The position numbers and the translations under genes were made by a program. Of a stretch of DNA of 64,000 bases, positions 11,201 through 18,595 are shown one piece after another (position 1 is the stretch's first letter; every line of letters begins with the position of its first letter). The DNA comes from an uncultured Candidatus Saccharibacteria bacterium (GTDB lineage: Bacteria > Patescibacteriota > Minisyncoccia > Phycocordibacterales > CAIZLB01). The DNA is taken from positions 8,430 to 72,429 of the forward strand of contig CAYVEK010000001.1 in NCBI GenBank assembly GCA_964450605.1. The letters are read 5' to 3'. Under the pieces are notes generated by a model. The model had not been told where the DNA came from. It searched no databases and was given only the letters and a program-made list of their open reading frames with translations.

Positions 11201-12179
11201 TACAACTGCAACTGTTACCTGGGACACAAATGAAAATGCATCATCATCAGTTCGATATGGAACATCACCTGGTGTATATACAGGCATATCATCATCTACT
11301 GCAGATTTAAGTCACTCAGCAACTCTTACAGGATTATCAAGAGATACAACATATTACTTCTCTGTATTGGCACGTGATCCTTCTGGTAACGTTTCGACTT
11401 CAACAGAGCGATCATTTAAAACACAAGTAAGCGGTTCTCCGGTTGTTACTGTCCAAGCAGCTTCATCTATCTCGACAAGTAGTGCTACGCTCAATGCGAC
11501 GTTAGTTGATGATGGAAATGCTTCAACTACATCATGGGGATTTGAATATGGTCCAACAACCTCGTACGGAACAGTGGTTTCTGTTGGAGGGTTTATACCA
11601 AACAGTACACCGTATTACATATCTATTACAGGCCTGAATCCGGCAACGACTTATTATTTTAGGGGAGTTGTAACAACTACTTTCGGAACAGCTTCTTCAA
11701 GTGGAACTAGCTTTGTGACAGCCTCAATCACACCCGACACCCCACCCGTCATCGGCCCCGTCGGAGGCTCATCAGGTGGAGGTGGTGGAGCAGGAGCTCA
11801 GCAACCACAACAACAGAACAATAACCAACAGCCTCAACCTCAAAACAACAAACCAGAACCCAACACCCCAGCAGAAGCCCTCCAAAACCTCGGTGCCCAA
11901 GGTGTAGTCATCAAAAACATACAAGCACCAGGTAAGAAGAACCTAGACGTCAAAAACATACAAAAGATACTAAACGCAGACAAAGCAACCCAGATAGCCA
12001 AGAAAGGCCCAGGATCTCCAGGTAAAGAAACAGACCTCTATGGAGCAGCCACAAAAGCTGCAGTAGGTAAATTCCAGATAAAACACGGAATACTCAAGTC
12101 TCCAAAGGACAAAGGCTACGGTATCGTAGGTCCTGCAACCCAAAAGAAGATGAATGAGTTGGTCAAGGGGAAGAAGTAG
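8244..12179 (+). CDS. giant surface protein: signal/anchor, DUF2341-like, LamG-like (Laminin_G_3), multiple fibronectin-III-like repeats, Q/N/P-rich linker, C-terminal peptidoglycan-binding-like domain
   Basis: Uninterrupted 1311-aa ORF (the track starts at TTG 8226; ATG 8244 preferred). DUF2341-like block (WTKRMKITF...DFPVQV...DVRFVDADGSTLLNYEIEKWD...LWVKIP...YIYMYYGN). LamG-like end (GYFDGQMDELRVSSVARSADWINASY). Two FN3-like repeats (ISSIASSTTDTTATITWTT / ISNIASSTTDTTATVTWDT). C-terminus resembles PG_binding_1 (LYGAATKAAVGKFQIKHGIL...GIVGPATQKKM). Confidence 0.7.
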   Translation: MTFFKRICVFLLIVGFVFGIIPIQKYKGFEPTKVHAADPWWNNGWTKRMKITFANGSRGALTDFPVQVALNSGRVTYGNFKAGGADVRFVDADGSTLLNYEIEKWDTSGTSTLWVKIPQIDSASDTDYIYMYYGNTGASAVATTTGVWDSSYVTVQHWGEDPTGAAPQFQDSTVNNKDGTASSSQVGGPVVATTLSGRFGSGLDFNGNTHFVDEGETQLAPLPNGSAEFWFDIDTMAASSTNRYLFSRVKSGANDGELRVYVDTTSGSVNRDKIVFQIECTVPSSISPIATSTASTTIDSWYHVTAVWDDDTAGAMKLYVNGTQVGYSNTTTCGSEATAVVTMAGKNNALNNGYFDGQMDELRVSSVARSADWINASYVSGVDGLNTYAGVENQPDAVPPVISSIASSTTDTTATITWTTDESATSTVNYGLTTSYGSASSSNTGTTNHSIQLTGLTQSTTYNFQISVWDTSSNLATSSNLTFRTAAATPPGQPTSVTVYPYDNRAHLRWTASTGTVTDYKIEYKLSSEPTTWTLFNDGVSTATTTMVTGLTNNVAYDFRITGTNGGSDGTVSATVSTTPSYLMTFVNPTIANGNSTSSTTITAYASTTSGLTPSYFTFRLETSGGSLVSNSTTTTRWGDFSLNHLTELSHKVDIAITSDLSGHVYVPTTNTLFTVHNNQNVLTELNRDGTLASSSRPTITCSACGDIEDITLVSSVASTTAGGYDHTFMISTEDVDTNNLQIFRIVVHSKGAVTVNRNDYFSTGIAASSTNDGLEGIAYNANTDTYFVSVEGQATQTTRPRLYEVTLGSGHSATSVPVCTNINFRDYLTEDNTVAYGNTAYADISGLDFSTSTNRLYVISHKADKILEVDVANRNSCSVLNQLPIAMRADSGPNHDFQMPEGVAWDATGDYMYVSAELSYWSIWRTNTYTVQKTFTGLTPGTYNLYTSVTDAFGNTSTTTARSFTVFTPDTTAPVISNIASSTTDTTATVTWDTNENASSSVRYGTSPGVYTGISSSTADLSHSATLTGLSRDTTYYFSVLARDPSGNVSTSTERSFKTQVSGSPVVTVQAASSISTSSATLNATLVDDGNASTTSWGFEYGPTTSYGTVVSVGGFIPNSTPYYISITGLNPATTYYFRGVVTTTFGTASSSGTSFVTASITPDTPPVIGPVGGSSGGGGGAGAQQPQQQNNNQQPQPQNNKPEPNTPAEALQNLGAQGVVIKNIQAPGKKNLDVKNIQKILNADKATQIAKKGPGSPGKETDLYGAATKAAVGKFQIKHGILKSPKDKGYGIVGPATQKKMNELVKGKK

Positions 12180-12205
12180 AACAAGACCTCAGATAAATCA
12201 AGCTA

Positions 12206-12239
12206 ATACCACATGTGACAGTGTGGTATTATTGTTTGT
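12206..12239 (+). terminator. intrinsic terminator after the giant surface-protein gene
   Basis: ATACCACA-tgtgacag-TGTGGTAT, perfect 8-bp stem, followed by TATTGTTTGT. Confidence 0.5.
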
Positions 12240-13955
12240 ATGAAATATCTAAACATACTACTGATTAGTCTAATAGTTATACTTGGGGTATTTTTTCTGT
12301 TTACGAAAAAAGTAGAAGGCCCTGTCATAAGTGATAATGAATCATTACTAATGACTAGTAGTGTGCAGATGGTGGTAGCTTCAAGTAGTTCTATTGTATC
12401 TGGTATTACATTTACAAATGATACATATAAGTTATTCCTAACTCAGGAAAGTGAAGATAATACATATGCAGATTTTACATATACTAAACAAGGTGTGATA
12501 GATACAGGTCCGTTCGCGGGGTATACAAAACTTTTAGTTACTAGAACATATGATGGACCTTCGCTTGATGGTTTGGGAGTTTTTGCGTTTATAACAAAAG
12601 ATTTTAAAACTTTTTTGGTCACAAAGCAGTATTCGTTCGTATCTGATGAATATCAAAAGTTTAATAAGGATACTGTTTTAGGTGTTGTTGATTTCAAAAT
12701 CAGCCATCCCGAGAAAATAGAATACAATGGACTTACTTTCTCTAGAAATGAGTTTTTTCAAAAAAATGATTATACTCGTATAAGTAAAGGTCAAAAACTA
12801 TTTGATATAGATAGGCTTACAGCATATGCGGAAGATATTGATTATGATGATAAGATTATCAGTTCCTATATAAAAGGAACATCACGAATATGGCTTGAAG
12901 ATGCATATGGTGTTGTATTTGCGTACAGTCCTTATGTAAGAGAGGCTGAAGGTGTTGTTTTTTCAAATAACGACTTTATTGATTCTAAGAAAGTATATAC
13001 AGTTTATGGAGACGCTATTCCAGAAATGTGTGGTGCTTTCTATTCAAATAAGATTTTACAAAACTTGAAAACAGAAGATCTTGTAAAAGTAACAGCTACT
13101 AAAACTGGTGTAGAGATGTATGCTCTGAAAGATAAAAATCATCCACTACTCAAGGCACAATATCAAAGAAAGATAGAGAATCAGAAAATGTATTTTACTG
13201 AAGTAAATCCTGAATATAAAAAAATTCCAACATACAATGAATACGTATCTCAATATCCAATACTTATATACAAAGACATCTGGAACAGGTGGAATGCAAT
13301 AGGTGAATTTCAATATAAAGTTGATGGAGGATGTGGTAAGCCAGTGATCTATCTTTATCCGCCAAAGCCTACAGATATCTCTATTTCATTTGTAAAACCA
13401 GTACGGCTAACTGCTGATATTCCATCATATGACGGAGGTTGGAATGTTAGAGCTGATAGTTTTGGAAATCTAACCGATTTGCAACCAGATAAAACTGATT
13501 GTAATAAGATAAATTCAAAAAAACTTGGTTTGGAATACGCAAAAGATGCATGTCTTTCAGGTGTGTATCCATATATCTACTGGGCAGGTGATGTAAAGGC
13601 AAAATATCCTAAGGCACAAGAAGGTTTTATTGTTACACGAGCAGATCTTAAAAAAACGCTTGAAGAAAAATTGGCATATATAGGTTTATCTGACAAAGAA
13701 ATAAAGGACATGGTTGAGTACTGGTATCCATATATGTATGAAAAAGGTTTTTCATACTATAGATTAACCTTCTTTCAGAATAAAGAAATGAACTCATTTG
13801 TGCCCATGAATGTATATCCACGTCCAGATAGTGTGGTACGTGTATTTCTAGATTGGGAAGGTTTAGATGAAGAAATCTTCATAAAACCTCAGTTGCTACA
13901 AAAGATAGACCGAAAGGGTTTTACACTTGTTGAGTGGGGTGGTTTGAAAAAGTAA
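12240..13955 (+). CDS. hypothetical membrane-anchored/secreted protein (571 aa)
   Basis: Long ORF with N-terminal hydrophobic segment (LNILLISLIVILGVFFLF); no recognisable family. Confidence 0.5.
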   Translation: MKYLNILLISLIVILGVFFLFTKKVEGPVISDNESLLMTSSVQMVVASSSSIVSGITFTNDTYKLFLTQESEDNTYADFTYTKQGVIDTGPFAGYTKLLVTRTYDGPSLDGLGVFAFITKDFKTFLVTKQYSFVSDEYQKFNKDTVLGVVDFKISHPEKIEYNGLTFSRNEFFQKNDYTRISKGQKLFDIDRLTAYAEDIDYDDKIISSYIKGTSRIWLEDAYGVVFAYSPYVREAEGVVFSNNDFIDSKKVYTVYGDAIPEMCGAFYSNKILQNLKTEDLVKVTATKTGVEMYALKDKNHPLLKAQYQRKIENQKMYFTEVNPEYKKIPTYNEYVSQYPILIYKDIWNRWNAIGEFQYKVDGGCGKPVIYLYPPKPTDISISFVKPVRLTADIPSYDGGWNVRADSFGNLTDLQPDKTDCNKINSKKLGLEYAKDACLSGVYPYIYWAGDVKAKYPKAQEGFIVTRADLKKTLEEKLAYIGLSDKEIKDMVEYWYPYMYEKGFSYYRLTFFQNKEMNSFVPMNVYPRPDSVVRVFLDWEGLDEEIFIKPQLLQKIDRKGFTLVEWGGLKK

Positions 13956-13958
13956 ATA

Positions 13959-14534
13959 TTACTTTTTGCCAAACAAATTTTTAACTTTGTTAAACATTCT
14001 ATAAAGACCGGTTTTTCGTTCTTCTTTCAGAGATGTCTGTTCTGTGACAAAGTTTGTCTGGGCTATAGGCATCTTATCAGTAGTGGTTATTATACCTGGT
14101 TCCGTCGAATCACGTGATAATGCCTCAAGTTTCTCTCTAGATTCTTTTATCCTTTGCTGATGTTGCTGAATAGCTCTTTCTTCAGCTTTATAATCATCTG
14201 TACCCACATCTGTTCGATCATCGAAGACATCGTGAAGGTTTTCAAGTAAATTTTCTGAGGCATCGATTGCCCAAGTTTCTCGTGTATGTATTATATTGTG
14301 CACTGTCTCGCGTAGGCCGTGTTCTCGGGTAAGAGCTTCTAAAGGGTATACACCTTTTTCTATCTGTCCTATTAGAAAGATGAGATCGTGCACTGTAGGT
14401 TTTGATCCATCTGTTGTGTCTATATTTGTAACCAAGGTATCTATAAATTCAGGACTTTGTTGTAACAAGAATTCATATAGATCTTCAAACTTATTGTATG
14501 CGGGTATAAATTCATATTGTTGTGGTGTTTCCAT
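13959..14534 (-). CDS. hypothetical acidic protein (191 aa)
   Basis: ORF directly downstream of miaA on the minus strand; no family recognised. Confidence 0.45.
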   Translation of the reverse strand: METPQQYEFIPAYNKFEDLYEFLLQQSPEFIDTLVTNIDTTDGSKPTVHDLIFLIGQIEKGVYPLEALTREHGLRETVHNIIHTRETWAIDASENLLENLHDVFDDRTDVGTDDYKAEERAIQQHQQRIKESREKLEALSRDSTEPGIITTTDKMPIAQTNFVTEQTSLKEERKTGLYRMFNKVKNLFGKK

Positions 14535-14538
14535 GCGT

Positions 14539-15435
14539 CTATTGTATCATTAGTTTAATACTTTTTTGTAATAGGTCTGTATCCGATATATCGAGCCAGT
14601 GTATGGATTTGTTCTTCCTAAACCAAGTTCTTTGTCTCTTGGCATAGTGCCATATGGCGTAGAAAAGTTGTTCTTTGAACTGTTCAAGGGTTATTTCTTT
14701 TTGTAGATACTTTGACGTATATGCATATTCTAAGCCAAGTTGCTGCATACGTTCGTAAGTAAGTATTCCTTGTTGCAAGAGTTGTTCAGATTCCTCGATC
14801 ATACCTTGTTCTAGACGACGATCTATACGTTTTTTTATTTTATCTTTTAATACATCATCAGCTCCATCAAGACCTATATATACAACGTCATATATATCTT
14901 TTTTTTCGAGTGGTGGTATGGAACCTAGTTCTGTAAGTATTTCTATTGCACGAATTATCTTTCTTTTATTTTTCAGATCGACGTTGTGAGGCTGTTCTTT
15001 ATTTAGTTTTTTAAATATACTTAATAACTCCTCTGTATTTTTTGTCTCGAGTTCCGTGCGCAGTGTTTGGTTTATAGGTACGTCGGGGAAGTGTATATCA
15101 TGAACAATACTGTCTATATATAAGCCAGTACCTCCGCAGAGTATAGGGATATTGCCTCGGCTATAAATATCGTCTATGACTTTCTTTGAATCTTTGATAA
15201 AGAAATCTGCAGTATATGTTTGATCAGGGTTTACAGTATCAAGCATATGATGAGGTACACCATGCATCTCTTCGCTGGTTATTTTTCCTGTACCTAAGTC
15301 TAATTTTTTGTATATCTGTCGAGAGTCGGTTGATAGTATCTCAGCATTGCCTAGATGCAGAGCTAAAGCAACGGCTAGGTCACTTTTTCCTGTGGCAGTT
15401 GGTCCGCATATAACTATCATCTTTGGTTTTTGCAT
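14539..15435 (-). CDS. miaA: tRNA dimethylallyltransferase
   Basis: P-loop ICGPTATGKS at N-terminus and overall MiaA similarity (TDSRQIYKKLDLGTGK). Confidence 0.85.
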   Translation of the reverse strand: MQKPKMIVICGPTATGKSDLAVALALHLGNAEILSTDSRQIYKKLDLGTGKITSEEMHGVPHHMLDTVNPDQTYTADFFIKDSKKVIDDIYSRGNIPILCGGTGLYIDSIVHDIHFPDVPINQTLRTELETKNTEELLSIFKKLNKEQPHNVDLKNKRKIIRAIEILTELGSIPPLEKKDIYDVVYIGLDGADDVLKDKIKKRIDRRLEQGMIEESEQLLQQGILTYERMQQLGLEYAYTSKYLQKEITLEQFKEQLFYAIWHYAKRQRTWFRKNKSIHWLDISDTDLLQKSIKLMIQ

Positions 15436-15559
15436 TGTTTAGAGAATAGCACAGATTATACAAATTACGATACTTTTTTGAGTGTTTGGGAAGTGGAAAG
15501 TAAAGGTGTTTGGGTGGATTATTATAGTGAGGGTTATGTAGCCCTTTGCTCTATGCTTA

Positions 15560-15777
15560 GAATCCGCCAACTCTACTTCACTTTCAAGTGGTGGTGGACG
15601 TTTCGGACAAAAAGAGTGCCGGTAAAGCCTCTTCAATCTGAAGCTGTCCACTCCACCTCTCAAGATGAGGGATACGTTCAACTGGAGCTTTTTTAAGGCT
15701 TCTCGGCCCGCCGGAGAAAGGCTCAAAACCTGGTCAAACCCATGTTCAGAGCCTCCTCCGGAGGGTTTTTCTTTTTG
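15560..15777 (+). ncRNA. candidate structured non-coding RNA (identity unresolved) ending in a terminator-like hairpin
   Basis: Plus-strand segment lying between two minus-strand genes; long-range helix GGUGGUGGAC (15590-15599) / GUCCACUCCACC (15646-15657); small hairpins; hairpin CCGGAGAAAGGCUC...GAGCCUCCUCCGG then UUUUUCUUUUU (15711-15777); locally elevated GC. Confidence 0.3.
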
Positions 15778-15821
15778 CAGAGACTTGGTCCTTACAGGGC
15801 CAGTACACTAGGCTTTTTGTT

Positions 15822-15905
15822 TGGTGCCGGAGAAGAGACTTGAACTCTTACGGGTTGCCCCGCGCGATTTTGAGTCGCGTGCGTCTACCATTCCGCCACT
15901 CCGGC
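15822..15905 (-). tRNA. tRNA-Leu (anticodon CAA), class II with long variable arm, CCA encoded
   Basis: Reverse complement reads GCCGGAGTGGCGGAATGGTAGACGCACGCGACTCAAAATCGCGCGGGGCAACCCGTAAGAGTTCAAGTCTCTTCTCCGGCACCA; anticodon loop CUCAAAA; T-arm AAGAG-TTCAAGT-CTCTT; 7-bp acceptor stem. Confidence 0.85.
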
Positions 15906-15928
15906 TTACGTGCTATACTATAGCATAT

Positions 15929-16552
15929 ATGAAAAAACGTTCAATCCTCATCCTTGTACTCCTCATCCTTGTTGCCGGAGGTGTAACTTTCTATGTTAAA
16001 AATAAGACTACACATCATTTCATAGATAGTAGTATTACAAGTTCTGATGCTGCAATAAAAGCTTTTATCGAAATGATGATTCCTCATCATCAGGAGGCTG
16101 TTAGAACTTCAGAGCAGGTCTTAGCTGATAAAAGCATAGAAAATTTTGATCTACGAATTATCGCTGGACGTATAGTAGATGCTCAGACTTTTGAGATCAT
16201 ACAAATGATCAGTTGGTACGAAGATTGGTTTAAGATGGAGTACGATATAACAGGTATGTCGCACACTCATCACTATATGCCTATGATGAATACTGCAAGT
16301 ACAACAGGTGTGGTTCTTGAGAAAAACTATGTTAAAGGTATGATAAAACATCACAAAATGGCTATTGAGATGGCTCGAGAACTCATAGCGGCTTTTGATA
16401 AATATGAGGGAAGTAAAACTATCGGTGATGGAGATTTGGTTATACATGAATCTCATCCAAACATAGATACTATACGTCAGTTTGCACAGAAGATTATTGA
16501 TGTACAAAGCAAAGAAATTGAACAATTGTCCAGCTTGAAGTTTGACAGATAG
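15929..16552 (+). CDS. DUF305-family protein (four-helix-bundle, His-rich), N-terminal membrane anchor
   Basis: Repeated MIPHHQEA / MIKHHKMAIEMA motifs typical of DUF305; the track ORF 15821 is trimmed to ATG 15929 because its 5' part overlaps the tRNA. Confidence 0.6.
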   Translation: MKKRSILILVLLILVAGGVTFYVKNKTTHHFIDSSITSSDAAIKAFIEMMIPHHQEAVRTSEQVLADKSIENFDLRIIAGRIVDAQTFEIIQMISWYEDWFKMEYDITGMSHTHHYMPMMNTASTTGVVLEKNYVKGMIKHHKMAIEMARELIAAFDKYEGSKTIGDGDLVIHESHPNIDTIRQFAQKIIDVQSKEIEQLSSLKFDR

Positions 16553-16569
16553 TGCTATAATAGAAGAGT

Positions 16570-16725
16570 CTCCCAATTATAGTTGGCTTAACAATTTTTT
16601 TAAGGGAGGCCGTCGTAGAGGAAAGCTGAGGCTTTCATCTCGGGTCACCCACCTGAGTTTATCTTAGGTCCAACTCCATTGGGAGGCTTCAAGGCGAGTT
16701 AGTTTACTGACTCTTCTTGAAGCCT
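16570..16725 (+). promoter_or_regulatory. GC-rich structured 5' leader (candidate riboswitch or attenuator) upstream of the VanZ-like gene
   Basis: Closing helix CUCCCAAU (16570-77) / AUUGGGAG (16678-85); internal hairpin GAAAGC-UGAG-GCUUUC; 9-bp helix GGCUUCAAG (16685-93) / CUUGAAGCC (16716-24) ending 2 nt before the ATG at 16726. Confidence 0.3.
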
Positions 16726-17130
16726 ATGGTAGACAGATACAATTACAAAAAGATATTGACTGTCGCTTTTATAACACTATTTTTTATTTTAGGTATAAAT
16801 GAGTTAGCTGTAGATTATCATATATATTTTATATATAAATGGTTTGATACACCCATGCATTTTTTAGGAGGATTTGGTGTAGGTATACTGTGTATCGGTT
16901 TACTTAGATTTTTTCTTAATAAAGAAAAGTATGATTCAAAAAAAACTTTCTGGTATGCAGTACTAGGTGTTTTTGCAATAGGTGTTGTTTGGGAACTAGT
17001 TGAAGTTTTTTATAAAGTCTCTGTTATTTTTGGTGGAGTATTTTGGTTTGATACAATAAAAGATTTGCTTATGGATGTATTTGGTGGAATACTTAGTTAT
17101 ATATGTTTCCGTCATCGCTTAAAAAAATAA
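16726..17130 (+). CDS. small polytopic membrane protein, VanZ-like (tentative)
   Basis: 4 predicted TM segments; WELVEVF...D...DLLMDVFGGILSY resembles VanZ-family motifs; the track starts at TTG 16717. Confidence 0.45.
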   Translation: MVDRYNYKKILTVAFITLFFILGINELAVDYHIYFIYKWFDTPMHFLGGFGVGILCIGLLRFFLNKEKYDSKKTFWYAVLGVFAIGVVWELVEVFYKVSVIFGGVFWFDTIKDLLMDVFGGILSYICFRHRLKK

Positions 17131-17156
17131 GTGAATCAACAGGGTATAAAGAATAT

Positions 17157-18548
17157 ATGCGCATCACTTTTTGTGGTGGGGTGACATCTGTTACTGGTGC
17201 AAACTTTCTTTCTGAAATACATAAGAGCGACGGAACAGTTCTAACCTTTTTGGTTGATTGCGGTATGGAACAGGGTACTGATAGGGCGAAAGTTTACAAT
17301 GCTTCACCTTTTGTATTTAATCCTGCAAAAGTTGATATATTACTCGTCACACATGCTCACATGGATCACATAGGTCTTATTCCAAAACTAGTACGGCACG
17401 GATTTCGAGGAACTATATACAGTACACCTGAAACAAGAGATCTATCTGTATTTATGTTGGAAGATTGCTTAAAACTCGTTACACAAGAGGCTGACGAGGC
17501 TGGGGTTGACCCTCTGTTTGAAGCACAAGATGTTCGACATGCTTTCGAACTTTGGAAGACTATACCATATCATAAAGATTTTACATTGTTTAAACATAAA
17601 AAAGAAAAAGTTACAGTTTTTTTGAAAGATGCAGGCCATGTGCTTGGTTCTTCTATGTTTGAAGTATCTGTTCCTTTAAATGGAGAGACAAGAAAAGTTT
17701 TATTTACAGGAGATCTGGGAAACAGTCCAGCACCAATACTCAAAGACACTGAAAAGATAGAAGGTGTTGATTATGTCATTATGGAAAGTGTGTATGGTGA
17801 CAGAAATCATGAAGATAAACCAGAACGATTGCGAAAATTACAACAGGCCATAGAAGATACCATCGAAAGACAGGGCATACTTCTTGTACCGTCATTTTCA
17901 CTAGAAAAAACACAAGAAGTTTTGTATGAGATAAACAGATTATTTGAAGACGGTGTTGTAAAAGAGATACCGTTATATCTTGATTCACCTCTAGCAACGA
18001 AGCTTCTGCCTATATATAAAAAATATACAAAAGATTATAACAGTGAAGCGACTGAGCGGAGAAGAAGAGGTGATGATATCTTAAACTTTAAAACGCTAAA
18101 AATAATACATGACGCAGAAGAGTCTAAGGCTATAAAGTTTACAAAGAATCCAAAGATCATCATGGCAGGTTCAGGTATGTCGACTGGAGGACGTATACTT
18201 CATCATGAGTTGAACTATATAAGTGATAAAAAAACTATACTGTTATTTATGGGATTTCAAGCACTTGGAACACTTGGACGAGAGATACGAGACGGTGCAA
18301 AACAAGTAACTATATACGGTCATCAAGTTCCTGTGCATGCCGAGATACGGACCATAGATGGATATTCAGGACACAAAGATTCAGATCACCTCGTTTCTTT
18401 TGTTGAGGATACTGCACAGTCAGTACGTAGAGTTTTTGTGGCTATGGGTGAGAGTAAATCTGCACTATTTCTTGTACAGAGATTGCGAGATTATCTTGGT
18501 GTTGATGCTATACATCCACAAGACGGTGATAACTTTATCATCTCGTAA
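17157..18548 (+). CDS. metallo-beta-lactamase fold / beta-CASP ribonuclease (RNase J / CPSF73-like)
   Basis: HxHxDH motif (THAHMDH), beta-CASP region, C-terminal RMMBL-like motif (GYSGHKDSDHL); start trimmed to ATG 17157. Confidence 0.75.
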   Translation: MRITFCGGVTSVTGANFLSEIHKSDGTVLTFLVDCGMEQGTDRAKVYNASPFVFNPAKVDILLVTHAHMDHIGLIPKLVRHGFRGTIYSTPETRDLSVFMLEDCLKLVTQEADEAGVDPLFEAQDVRHAFELWKTIPYHKDFTLFKHKKEKVTVFLKDAGHVLGSSMFEVSVPLNGETRKVLFTGDLGNSPAPILKDTEKIEGVDYVIMESVYGDRNHEDKPERLRKLQQAIEDTIERQGILLVPSFSLEKTQEVLYEINRLFEDGVVKEIPLYLDSPLATKLLPIYKKYTKDYNSEATERRRRGDDILNFKTLKIIHDAEESKAIKFTKNPKIIMAGSGMSTGGRILHHELNYISDKKTILLFMGFQALGTLGREIRDGAKQVTIYGHQVPVHAEIRTIDGYSGHKDSDHLVSFVEDTAQSVRRVFVAMGESKSALFLVQRLRDYLGVDAIHPQDGDNFIIS

Positions 18549-18595
18549 AAAAGTGTGTTGGGCAATTACATGTAAGATTTGTTATTATATAACAT

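Noticed and set aside
15436-15821. Identification of the miaA/tRNA-Leu spacer RNA, and of the 28.8-29.1 kb RNAs, as RNase P RNA, tmRNA, SRP RNA or 6S RNA
   Set aside because: I compared by eye with the RNase P CR-I/CR-II/CR-V consensus, the tmRNA tRNA-like 3' end, and the SRP domain-IV GNRA/AGCAGCC pattern. Only weak partial matches were found, so the elements are reported as unclassified candidates pending covariance-model searches.
15821-15928. 5' part of the track ORF 15821..16552 (MVPEKRLELLRVAPRDFESRAS...)
   Set aside because: This stretch is the reverse complement of a well-formed tRNA-Leu(CAA). The real DUF305 protein most likely starts at ATG 15929 (MKKRSILIL...).
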